A DNA stretch of 64,000 nucleotides from the human T2T-CHM13v2.0 reference genome, Homo sapiens. The stretch lies in NCBI RefSeq assembly GCF_009914755.1, contig NC_060933.1. One strand, given 5' to 3'. How positions within the stretch are numbered: the stretch's first letter is position 1; every line of letters starts with the position of its first letter. The position numbers and the translations under genes were made by a program. The notes under the pieces were generated by a model, which saw only the letters and a list, made by a program, of their open reading frames with translations, searched no databases and was not told where the DNA came from. Of this stretch, positions 45,204 through 64,000 are shown piece after piece.

Positions 45204-45270
45204 TACACACACACACACTCACTCTCTCACACACACACACAAACACACACTCTCTCACACACACACTCTT

Positions 45271-45303
<33 letters not shown>

Positions 45304-45310
45304 TACACAT
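45204..45310. repeat. Compound (CA)n/(CT)n microsatellite
   Basis: Directly visible. Confidence 0.92.
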
Positions 45311-45483
45311 AGCCGCACACCAACACCCCAATACAAGTCTCAGGAAATTATTTCAAAGTCTCGATATTGTACTGCTTGGAAAGGCAACCTCCCCACCACA
45401 CTCCCTGTCAAAGATAAGAAGATGTTGGTTTCAAAGCTTTCAAAAAAGAAAGAAAGAAAAGTAATGAAAGAAAAGTAGATGGA

Positions 45484-47720
<2,237 letters not shown>

Positions 47721-47740
47721 TTAATCTTATTAATTTTCTA

Positions 47741-48079
47741 CAGTCATGCATGGCTTAACAGAAATATGCTCTGAGAAATACATCGTTAGGTGATTTAGTC
47801 ATTGTTGTGTGAACCTCATAGAGTGTACTTACGTGTACTTAGAAGGTATAGCCTACTACACACCTAGGCTACGTGATATAGCCTATCACTCCCAGGCTAC
47901 CAACATGTAGAGCATGTTACTGTACTGAATACTATAGGCAATTGTACAACAATGGTTAAGTATTTGTGTTTCTAAATACAGAAAAGGTACAGTAAAAATA
48001 CAGAATTACAATTTTATGAGACCACTGTCATATACACAATCTGTCACTGACCAAAATATCACTACGCAGGGCATGAGTG
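47741..48079 (+). mobile_element. Tigger3a MITE
   Basis: TA|cagtcatgc ... gcatgagtg|TA; internal tatagcctactacacacctaggcta. Confidence 0.85.
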
Positions 48080-48342
48080 TACTTGTGAACTGGGATAAAT
48101 AACTAAACGTCGCTCTAGCCAATATCTCTTGCCTCTCAATGGAAATAACATCACCTATATGAGAGATTTTTCTTAATGCTCAAATCAGACTAATGTACTG
48201 TCCAAAGGTTATTCAAGTGAATAATAGCAACTGTAAATTAGCATCTGTAAGTTATTTTGAATTCATAAGACATTCAAAAACTTTTAAAATCCCTAGCTTT
48301 CTGTCTATATGTGTCTGTGTATGTTTTAAGACTCAGTATACA

Positions 48343-49130
<788 letters not shown>

Positions 49131-51377
49131 TTAGGATCAGTATTTTCAATGACCCATTGGCTCTTGAAAAGTTGGAGTTTTTTTCGTTTTCATCTTTAAA
49201 AAAGTTTTTAAAGCATATGCTGATAGACCTTTCCTAAAAGCACTTCTGCAGAATTCTGTTTAGATATTATTACATATTTCCACTTAAAAACTATTTATTC
49301 AAATTAGTTACATCTTTTCTGTCCCTTATGTAATATTTCTCTCTCAATCCTTTCATAAGTCCAAGGTGAGGTTAATGTTATTTAGCATTGCTAAAGGTAG
49401 AGACCTTTAAAATTGTTGTCTTGCAAATATGCCAAATATGTAATCTCACTCCTTTTACATGTAAACTTCTTGTATTAGTCTAGAGGTTTTTGGCACTACT
49501 GAAATTAAACAGGTGTTAATGCTCTTAACAATGATCTATTAAAGGACAGTGAGCCTTGGATCTGAGAGATGACAAATAACCCTCATTTCAGGAGAAAAAT
49601 ACTATCAAAAGGCCTGCCATCATGTTTACAAGAGTTTGACTCAATTAGGTAAAACATAGTGATTAAGAAAACATGCCTGTCATCTATAATGTCTATGTTC
49701 CAAATGACTAATTCAACTGGTTTGTTCCTAAATATATTTTAACATATAAAAAGGTATCTGCACATCCAAGAAGGCATTTAGTTCAGCTCAAATAGGATGC
49801 TTGATATATTCAACATGGCATTAATATTTAACCCAAAATAATTAGTGTTCTCTATCATTTTGGCTGTGACTTTCTTTTGGAATTGGGAAAGGGGGTTATG
49901 GGGGTTTGCAGGACAAACACTCCTGAGATTCTCTCATTTTAATCCTGCTGACAAAAATATACCAAACAGAAATAGCTACAAGGAATATGTAAATGTTCTG
50001 ATGTTATCAGTAGTTGAAAATTTGGAATAGTGAAACCCATAAAATAAATTCTAGACCTGATGTAAATTTTCTTTCAAGAGCCCAAATGTTTGTTTTCTTT
50101 CGAGGCTATGTCATCCATTTATTTTCCCCTCACGTCTCCGGAATTTGTTGGTTCCATCTCTATGGAAACCATTCAGAAGGATGATAATGTGAAATCTACC
50201 ACCCACATGTGCACAGCCCTCCCTATCAGCGCTGGTGGGGTGTAATATCACTCTCTGGTTCAGATCAGCTTTCAGAGAATAGAAAGAAATAGTATTTAAA
50301 ATGCACCTGAAAAGTAAATGAAAAGTACAGGACAACATCATCTCCTTCTCAAAACACTGGCTGCTCCTACGGTAAATTAACATCCGCCCACAGCCAGAAA
50401 GCAATATGGTGAATATTCTTTATGGCCACCAAGAGCAAAGGCTGCTGGCCAGTATTCAGATGGCTGGAATGCTGCAGCCCGTTCATGTACTTTTGAGGCT
50501 TTTCTTAAGGGGGAAGAGAAACAGGCCATTTTCTTTTGAAATTAACCTTGGAATTTACCATTCAAATTTTTACCAATACCACAATGAAAAAGAAGCCTTC
50601 ATCAATGCAAACGCATTCACAGACGCTACAGAGAAACTAGTTCTTTGATTTTCCTGTCCCCTTATTAATAAAGTGGAGCATATTGAAACTAAGAGTTATG
50701 TACAGGGACAGCAATACTGGAATGATTGTGCTGAGAGATCTGGCTCCTATAATGATATGATAAAAATAATTGCATCTACGACAAAGCACATGCACCCACC
50801 AGGATTACATTTGCAATGATGGAAAAGCAGACAAAGATGCAAAGTGTTTATCAAATTGTTAACACTCATTGATTGGGAGCATGTACTTGGGTATTTCAAA
50901 AGCTCCTGTTGGTACAACTTATGATTTCCCACTTAGTGAAGCCTGCATTCCCTTAAGTAAAGTTGGTTTTTACATATGTTAATCTAAAAGCCAATCTGTG
51001 CCCCTTGCTAGGAATACTTTGAATTGCAGAGGCAACCACTTACTCTGTCCTCATGTCATGATGATCCTGCTAGAAATTAAAGTTACCTCTTCCACAAACT
51101 AACTTTTAAAAAATCACCTAGGAATTATCACCATACTCCATCTATGTCTGATTTGTTTCCATGCTGGAAATGAAAAGTGGACACCTATATTTTCAAATAA
51201 GATGTCTTCCTTTTAAGACTAATTCATCATTTGAAATAAAATTTCAACTCAGTGTTTCTGGTGTATAAAATGGCACCAATCCAAAAAGATGGGAAAAAAG
51301 AGCCTAGGAGTCCCCACCTTTCCTCCTCCACAGTTAGACATTATATCCCAGTGAACAGCAGAGGCAGATGTCCTTAA

Positions 51378-52832
<1,455 letters not shown>

Positions 52833-53215
52833 TCAATGAGATAGCTCAGAAATAGCCTATGTCCCAGGGTCTCCAAGGAGGAGTAAAGGCCTGAATCTGC
52901 CCACCTGCAGGTTTCACATCTTACTCAAATACAGCACAGAAATTAAGCTGCAGAAGAGGAAGAGATGACCAGATCCACAATTTAGCATCCTAGTAGATTT
53001 TATGGGACTGGAAGTGGGAAGAAACTTCTATTTCCTCAACATTTGAGCAAGAACATTTCTCGATCCAGAGAAACCCGGTAGGTTCCCGGACGTTGGAGAC
53101 AGCACTAGGAGGTGGGTGTCAGTGTGGAGGCTCTGAGACTGCAAGGGGACAGATGGAGGATGGAGAGAATTATGCAAATCACAGTCATCCTGTTCCTGAA
53201 CTGAGAAATACATTA

Positions 53216-53404
<189 letters not shown>

Positions 53405-53893
53405 CTAATTACAGTTTAAATCCCTCATTTTGTTTGAGTATTTATGACAGAATAACTATATGGAAAATGTAAGAGTCATCCATCCAACCAACACTAAGTA
53501 CTGTATGCGACATCTCAAAAAAAAAAAAAGTCCCCAAACAACACTCAATTTCTCCTCAAGGTTGGCCCCCCCATCACTGTTTTGACTGTTCCTTATTCGG
53601 TTCTGTTTGCTAGAACTGCCCATTTTAACACTTGCCTCATTCCAGGCTTTTTCTGTTCCCTTTCTATTTCTGCTGTATATACGCTAAATAAAAATTCTGT
53701 CTTACTCCCAGTAAAATACTGTGTTTTACCTTCTAAACTGCCTCATACTCTCTGGAAGTAGGCACAGCTTCAGTCTAATTAACACATAATCTACATTTTC
53801 TCTAAAATTGTTCTACTCAGTTGCACATTCCTCCTTTGTGTCACTGAAAGGGCAACTTATAAAAAGGCCATCACTCAACAATAGAAAATATCA

Positions 53894-54848
<955 letters not shown>

Positions 54849-55177
54849 ACTGAAGGGTACTTTTTAGATAGAAATGACATCATTTGGTTCTTTCTTTACC
54901 TCTCTGCATAGAGATAGATCATGCTACTAAAATTTAACTGGGATTTAACTACTTAGGCAAATGGCTGTCTTCTTTAAGATCTTCTTGGGGACTCAGTCAC
55001 TTAACCCTGGGAATTGATTATTTTATTTTTCCTCTATCAGAGAAAAACGTAGGTAAAGCAAAACCTAAGACAGCAAACTGGCAAGGAAGACACTTAACAT
55101 TGTTTTAACCCTATTGAACTCTATCTGAATATTATTTGCATCAATCTTTATCCTCAAGTAAAATACTTTCACCCTCC

Positions 55178-55191
55178 ACCACACACACACA

Positions 55192-55222
<31 letters not shown>
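55178..55222. repeat. (CA)n microsatellite
   Basis: Directly visible. Confidence 0.95.
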
Positions 55223-55224
<2 letters not shown>

Positions 55225-55271
55225 CGCACTCCACATGCTTTCCCAGGAAATAAATTCACAAGAGATATGGT

Positions 55272-56665
55272 CCCCCTCCCCCTCCCCCTCTCCCCACGGT
55301 CTCCCTCTCCCTCTTTCCACGGGCCGAAGCTGGACTGTGCTGCTGCCATCTTGGCTCACTGCAACCTCCCTGCCTGATTCTCCTGCCTCAGCCTGCAGAG
55401 TGCCTGCGATTGCAGGCGCGCGCCGCCACGCCTGACTGGTTTTCGTATTTTTTTGGTGGAGACGGGGTTTCGCTGTGTTGGCCGGGCTGGTCTCCAGCTC
55501 CTAACCGCGAGTGATCCGCCAGCCTCGGCCTCCCGAGGTGCCGGGATTGCAGACAGAGTCTCGTTCACTCAGTGCTCAATGGTGCCCAGGCTGGAGTGCA
55601 GTGGCGTGATCTCGGCTCGCTACAACCTCCACCTCCCAGCCGCCTGCCTTGGCCTCCCAAAGTGCCGAGATGGCAGCCTCTGCCCGGCCGCCACCCCGTC
55701 TGGGAAGTGAGGAGCCTCTCTGCCTGGCCGCCCATGGTCTGGGATGTGAGGAGCCCCTCTGCCTGGCTGCCCAGTCTGGAAAGTGAGGAGCGTCTCTGCC
55801 CGGCCGCCATCCCACCTAGGAAGTGAGGAGCGCCTCTTCCGGGCCGCCATCCCATCTAGGAAGTGAGGAGTGTCTCTGCCCGGCCGCCCATCGTCTGAGA
55901 TGTGGGGAGCGCCTCTGCCCCGCCGCCCCGTCTGGGATGTGAGGGGCGCCTCTGCCTGGCCGCGACCCCGTCTGGGAGGTGAGGAACGTCTCCGCCCGGC
56001 AGCCACCCCGTCCGGGAGGGAGGTGGGGGTCAGCCCCCCGCCCGGCCAGCTGCCCCGTCTGGGAGGTGAGGGGCGCCTCTGCCCCGCCGCCCCTACGGGG
56101 AAGTGAGGAGCCCCTCTGCCCGGCCACCACCCCGTCTGGGAGGTGTACCCAACAGCTCATTGAGAACGGGCCATGATGACAATGGCGGTTTTGTGGAATA
56201 GAAAAGGGGGAAAGGTGGGGAAAAGATTGAGAAATCGGATGGTTGCCGTGTCTGTGTAGAAAGAAGTAGACATGGGAGACTTTTCATTTTGTTCTGTACT
56301 AAGAAAAATTCTTCTGCCTTGGGATCCTGTTGATCTATGACCTTACCCCCAACCCTGTGCTCTCTGAAACATGTGCTGTGTCCACTCAGGGTTAAATGGA
56401 TTAAGGGCGGTGCAAGATGTGCTTTGTTAAACAGATGCTTGAAGGCAGCATGCTCGTTAAGAGTCATCACCAATCCCTAATCTCAAGTACCCAGGGACAC
56501 AAACACTGCGGAAGGCCGCAGGGTCCTCTGCCTAGGAAAACCAGAGACCTTTGTTCACTTGTTTATCTGCTGACCTTCCCTCCACTATTGTCCTATGACC
56601 CTGCCAAATCCCCCTCTGAGAGAAACACCCAAGAATGATCAATAAAAAAAAAAATAAAAAAAGAG
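55272..56665 (+). mobile_element. SVA retrotransposon (SVA_D-like), near full length
   Basis: Short CCCCCT hexamers, Alu-like domain (about 55320-55670), GC-rich VNTR (about 55670-56145), SINE-R (about 56145-56646) with AATAAA, A tail, TSD agagatatggt (55261-55271 / 56666-56676). Confidence 0.97.
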
Positions 56666-57224
56666 AGAGATATGGTACTTTGCCACAGTAGAGTAAGGAA
56701 AGAGAGTCTTGAAGTTATTAGTTTCATGAGTAATATAATCTAACTACCTTATGGAAGATGATCTTGCCTTCTTCCATTGAAAGTTTAGGAAATAAGTAAA
56801 AATGCAATAAACCCACATCTGAGAAGATAGGCAAGGACAACATCCCTAGGAACAATCATGCAAAAAGTCCAATCACCTCCCAAATAATCTTCTTAGGGGC
56901 AGAATGATTCAGACGCCCAGTAGGAGGAAAGATTAATTAGCAGTGCCTTGTAGGCGAGTCCGGCTTCAATTATGATCCTGTGCAGGGGGGACAGGTCCCT
57001 GTTCTGCGTTGGTCCAGCTCTCCAATGACAACAGTCTGTGAAGGGCTCTGTCTGTCAAACTGAGTTTAGCCTTTGGAAATAAAGCTGGATAGTATGATTC
57101 TTTTTACAATACAGTAAGATAATTCTACTGATGGTGTGGAAAGGTCACTGAGGGGAGACCCTGGCCCAGGGAGATACAGTAAGAGGCCAGCACTATAGTC
57201 CAGGAGGGAGATGGATAAGAGGAG

Positions 57225-57657
57225 TGTTACAAGTTGAATTGTGTTCCCAAAAATGATGCTTTGAAATCCTAACCCCATGGTACCTCTGAGTATAACCTTA
57301 CTTGAAAATAGGGTCTCCACTGATGTAACCAAGTTAAAATGAGATCATGCTGGATTAGGGTCAGCCGTAATCCAATGATTGGTGTCCTTATAAGAAGAGC
57401 AAAATTGGGACACACAGACACACATGCAAGAAGAATGCCATGTGATGATGGCAGCAGAGACTGGAGCAATGTATCCACAGGCCAAGGAACCTGGGAGAGA
57501 GGCAGGGAACTGATCCTCCTTCAGAGCTTCCAGAAATGAGCCAACCCTGCCAACATCTTGATTTCTGACTATGGAACTGGGAGTGAACAGGTTCCTGTTG
57601 TTTTAAGCCACCTAGTTTGTGGTACTATATTACATGGCAGCCATAGGAAACTAATTA
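57225..57657 (+). mobile_element. MLT1B/C MaLR LTR
   Basis: tgaattgtgttccc; ggtgtccttataagaaga; ttttaagccacctagtttgtggta; ggaaactaat. Confidence 0.85.
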
Positions 57658-57732
57658 AAAAAACTGTATCAGTCATTTTTAGGAGACACGATAATACTCT
57701 TGGGCCCAGCTGGCCAGTTAAAAAAGGCTCAG

Positions 57733-58138
<406 letters not shown>

Positions 58139-58662
58139 CTAACATTATCCTCTGGCTTAAGAGAGCTGGTGCTATGGTTCTGGGATATGTTGGAAGTCTG
58201 TGCAGAGGGGTGCAGCAGCCTCCCCAACAATCCCTCAGTGACCCGGCCGGAGGTCAAACCAGCACCGCCAGTTATCCAGCCCAAAGATTTGCACTGATTG
58301 CTCTCTCACTCACACGGCCTGGCATGGGAAAGGGAAGCAATATGGCCTTGCAGTCACGTTGTTCCACAAGCAGCACGGCTGAGAGAACCAACTCAATGGC
58401 TGACTTTATTTGGCTGCATGCCTGGAGAAAAATAATATTATAGTAGTTGAAATAATTAGAAATAGCTAAATGGACATTGATGGGAGCCAAAAGGGTTACT
58501 GAAACCAACAGTCCTCATAGTAAGTGAAACTGCTAAGGTAATTCTTCCAGTGCAGGACTCTCCTTCCTCATACCCAGCCCCAGGAGACACAGTAGGATTA
58601 GAGGGATAGGAATTTGGCTATTGTGCCAAGAGCCACAATTACAGTCCCTCACTAGGTACTGT

Positions 58663-59319
58663 AGCAAAAATCTAGCTCCCGCTGCATATAGAGGTGCTCA
58701 AATGTGTTGTTTTGATTTTGCTTGTAGACTTTTGGAAGGTCTCTTTACTATGGTTTTATTTTCCACTCCTATGATAGTAGCCCTAGCTGTTATGTTCATT
58801 CCCACTGATAGGAAAGGTGGGGTTAACGTTTTATGGGTCTGCAGCAGAGGCCACCTCCTGAGAAGGAGTAGATAGGATCTCACCCAAAGGAAGAGGAAGA
58901 GTAGGACCCAAGTTTTCTGAAAAATGCACTTCAAGGACTCAGATTCAGGAAAGTCATGGAGGTGATAGAAGCCCTGGAGCTCGGGGCTAGAAGCTGAGAA
59001 GAATCCTGAACTAAATCAAACTCCAGATCGCTTCCCTCTGAGAACACAAAATGCCACCCCTCTGCCTGCCTTCAGCAAAAATCTATGCTCTCGCCCCATA
59101 GAGAGGTGCTCAAATGTGTTTAGATTTTGCTTGCAGACTTTTGGAAGGTCTCTTTACTATGGTTTATTTTCCACTCCTGTGATAGTAGCCCTAGCTGTTA
59201 TGTTAATTCTCACTGATAGGAAAGGTAGGGTTAAAGTTTTATGGGTCTGCAGCAGAGGCCACCTCCTGAGAAGGAGTAGATAGGATCTCACCCAAAGGAA
59301 GGAGAAGGCTAGGATCCCA
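58663..59319 (+). repeat. Direct repeat pair of about 250 bp (58663-58910 and 59074-59319)
   Basis: Near-identical copies with a 66-nt perfect core, separated by about 163 nt of unrelated sequence. Confidence 0.95.
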
Positions 59320-60043
59320 GGAAGGGGGTGGGGCACCACCCCAGTCCTGACAATTAGCTCCAGGAGACCAGTCAAGAAGCGCAATTGACTACAGAAGGAG
59401 CAGGATTGAAATAAAAAGATAAAAAATAAAAAGAAGCAGCTCAATTGAATGGGAGTATTGCGGAAGATAAAAATGGTAGTTTATTTTTTCACTTGACAGA
59501 AGAAGAAACACAAGAACTAAGATGGTGCCTGCCACTGTGTTTCAAGACTGTGGGTCTTTATAATTAATTATTTTGTTCTTCATTTATACTAATTGGCCTT
59601 TTAAAAATTTCAAGTGTTTCATTCAAATGTGAAAATCATCAGAGCTGCTATGGGGGATGGTGATGTCTGAAGTCCCTAGACTCTCAAGTAAAGAGAGATT
59701 TGAATTTTCCTTTCACAAGAAAACCCATTCTCTCATACCTCTCCGCACAGGTGTCCAGGAGGTAATAGGTAAAGGTCAAGCCCCTTGCGAGAGAGCCCTG
59801 ACTACAGCCCAGTTCCCATCTCCCTCCCTTCAGTCACCACCTGCCACTCAGGCACTGGTCATGCCCTGCCCCATGTCCTCAAACAGTAAGGAAGAGAAGA
59901 TGCCACATTAGACCAGCCAGGAACCCACTGGCCCAATTCATCAGTTCTGGGTCTCCAGATACAAATCAGCATCCTGCAGAGCAGCCACTGATGTCTTACA
60001 CACTTTAATTAAATACCTGAAATTTTTAAAAGGCAAACTAGTG

Positions 60044-60378
<335 letters not shown>

Positions 60379-61537
60379 TTATCTGTAAGACCCAGAAGCA
60401 TAAAAACTGTCAAACATGAGACAAAGAAGTTTCTAAGGTGATAAATATATACTCTAGTCTCTATAGGACCACCCAAACTTCTCAAGCACCTGTGGACTCT
60501 GCCCCTATCCAGCTTGGGACTAATGAGTTTTCCTGGATTGGTTCTCATGATAGCTTGGTAGTTATGCCCAATTTTACCTTCTGTTGAGAACAAAGTGAGT
60601 TAATAGAATGAGCTGTCCCCTATACAACAAGTTAATGGACATTTTCGAGCCATTAAGAGTAGGTCCCTAGTCACGCTTCTTTCCATTCACTCATCCATTG
60701 CCCAACACTACAAAACTTCCCAACAAAAACTTCCCAGCTAGAAGCCAAGACAGTCTGTGACTTGATGAACAGAGGGGTAAGCTGCTTCTTACTGTGATAA
60801 AATCTAAGACCTCAGGCTTCCACACCCACATATAATAAAAAGAATTCCCCAAACATACAGCCTAGTGAGTGTCTGAATTGTTTCAAATGTTTGTTCACTG
60901 GTTGCCATTTCTCAGACCCACTCATGAAATATCACTTTGGCCAGATCTGCAGGAGAACAAACCCAGTGTACCTAGAAGCCCAGAGTTTGAGTAACTTTGG
61001 TGTCAAGATAGCAATAGATGCAGAGAAAAGGAGAGAAGACAGAAAAGTCCATGATCAGAGATCTACCTGCTGAACCAACCTGAAACTGAACTTCACAGAA
61101 TCCAGTGTCTAAGTCCAAGTTAAGGGACATGATGATGTCTAAATAAAACCCCAAATCCTAACTAAGGACACAATTCCTACCACTGTACACCTCTTCTCCC
61201 GTGGAAAAGAGCTACCTTTCTAGAGGAAACAGTATGGGGTCCTTCAATCCCAAAGTGGCAGCCTTTTCCTCCTGAGTAGTAAAAGAAGCATTCTGAGAAG
61301 GTGATTGTGCCATCCAAACCTTGGAAAGCAAATGGGAAAAGGGAAAAAGAAAACTAGATTTTCCCCCCAGAGCAAAGCTCACAGCAGAGCACATTCCTCA
61401 CCCTTTTCCTTTCAACTGGACAAAACCAGCTTGCTCCTGTGCACAAGCCTAATTCCTGAACATGAACTACAATGAAACTAACCAGGGGGGAAAGAGACCA
61501 AATGAGAAAAGGGGGAATCCATTAAGAAACGCTTGAA

Positions 61538-63320
<1,783 letters not shown>

Positions 63321-64000
63321 TTAAAATGTTGCATGTAGAATGAAATCCTCCTTGTAAAATACATGGGTACATGGGTGTACATCCCATCAGTCCCAGGCAT
63401 CAGTAGGCCATCCACAGACCATGTTCTGGGGAGCCCAGCCAGCAGCGCCTCACACACAGCAGCCACTAACCGCGTCAGAGCCTCCCTCACTCTTCGCCCT
63501 CCATGTGCTTGGCAAGACACTAGGAAAAGGTCTCCAAGGAAATCATCAGGACTGAAAACCAACACACTCATATTTGAATTTGCCCAATGTCACCAGTTTG
63601 AGAAAGGCCTTTCTCTGCTAGAGGGTAAGGGGAAAGCTGGGGCCAGAATGTGAGGACAGAGACTGCCTGGGCAGATTGTTCTTGCCAACATCCTAATCCT
63701 CAGCTGTGAAGCTGAGAGGGAACCATGGGGTGGGGCTGGGGTGTCAATCAAGATAAACAGACCATGAATGACAGCATGGCAGGACTTTCTCATCTTTCTG
63801 AAGGGAAGTCAGAATTTGGAAGCAGATTCCATCTGCATGCTGATCCTTTCCCCAACATCACCCAGTCATTTATAGCACTCCTTTCTCTCCCCCATAGCCA
63901 CCTGGATCAAGCCCACTTACGCAGTCCATAGAGCCAACTCCCTGTTACTTGTCAAGTTTCCTCCCTGGGCAGAGGAGGGTTTCACTAGCCAAGTCAGCTG

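Noticed and set aside
50290-50330. Strong minus-strand acceptor ttttcatttacttttcag|G in intron 3
   Set aside because: No good donor at exon-like distance, so no pseudoexon can be defined.
55356-56638. Cluster of Arg/Gly/Pro-rich ORFs and CpG-island-like composition
   Set aside because: Explained by the SVA VNTR; not a gene promoter or coding region.
58771-58808. C/D-box-like ATGATAG...CTGA inside the duplicated unit
   Set aside because: Imperfect C box, too short, and on the strand opposite the host transcript.

Overview
Human (hominid) genomic DNA from inside the glycine decarboxylase gene GLDC (glycine cleavage system P protein), on the minus strand. It contains 13 consecutive coding exons (exons 3-15; numbering recalled from the known gene). 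All have GT-AG junctions and join into 1516 nt of uninterrupted reading frame (about aa 112-617). The window starts in intron 15 and ends in intron 2. The introns are very rich in transposable elements: about 70 Alu copies or fragments by manual count (about 45 on the plus strand), one SVA_D-like element with TSD, old L1/L2/MIR pieces, MaLR/ERV solo LTRs, and MER5/MER44/Tigger DNA transposons. Almost all ORFs in the supplied track are Alu/SVA read-throughs, not genes. I found no convincing new gene or multi-gene system. The most interesting signals are small-scale: an antisense SVA near exon 3, a displaced ~250-bp duplication of apparently unique DNA, a 74-bp identical tract shared by two adjacent AluY copies, an Alu-derived snap-back hairpin insertion, an Alu stub forming a palindrome over the exon 4 splice donor, and a well-formed antisense exon candidate. 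Repeat boundaries and subfamily calls are by eye and approximate.
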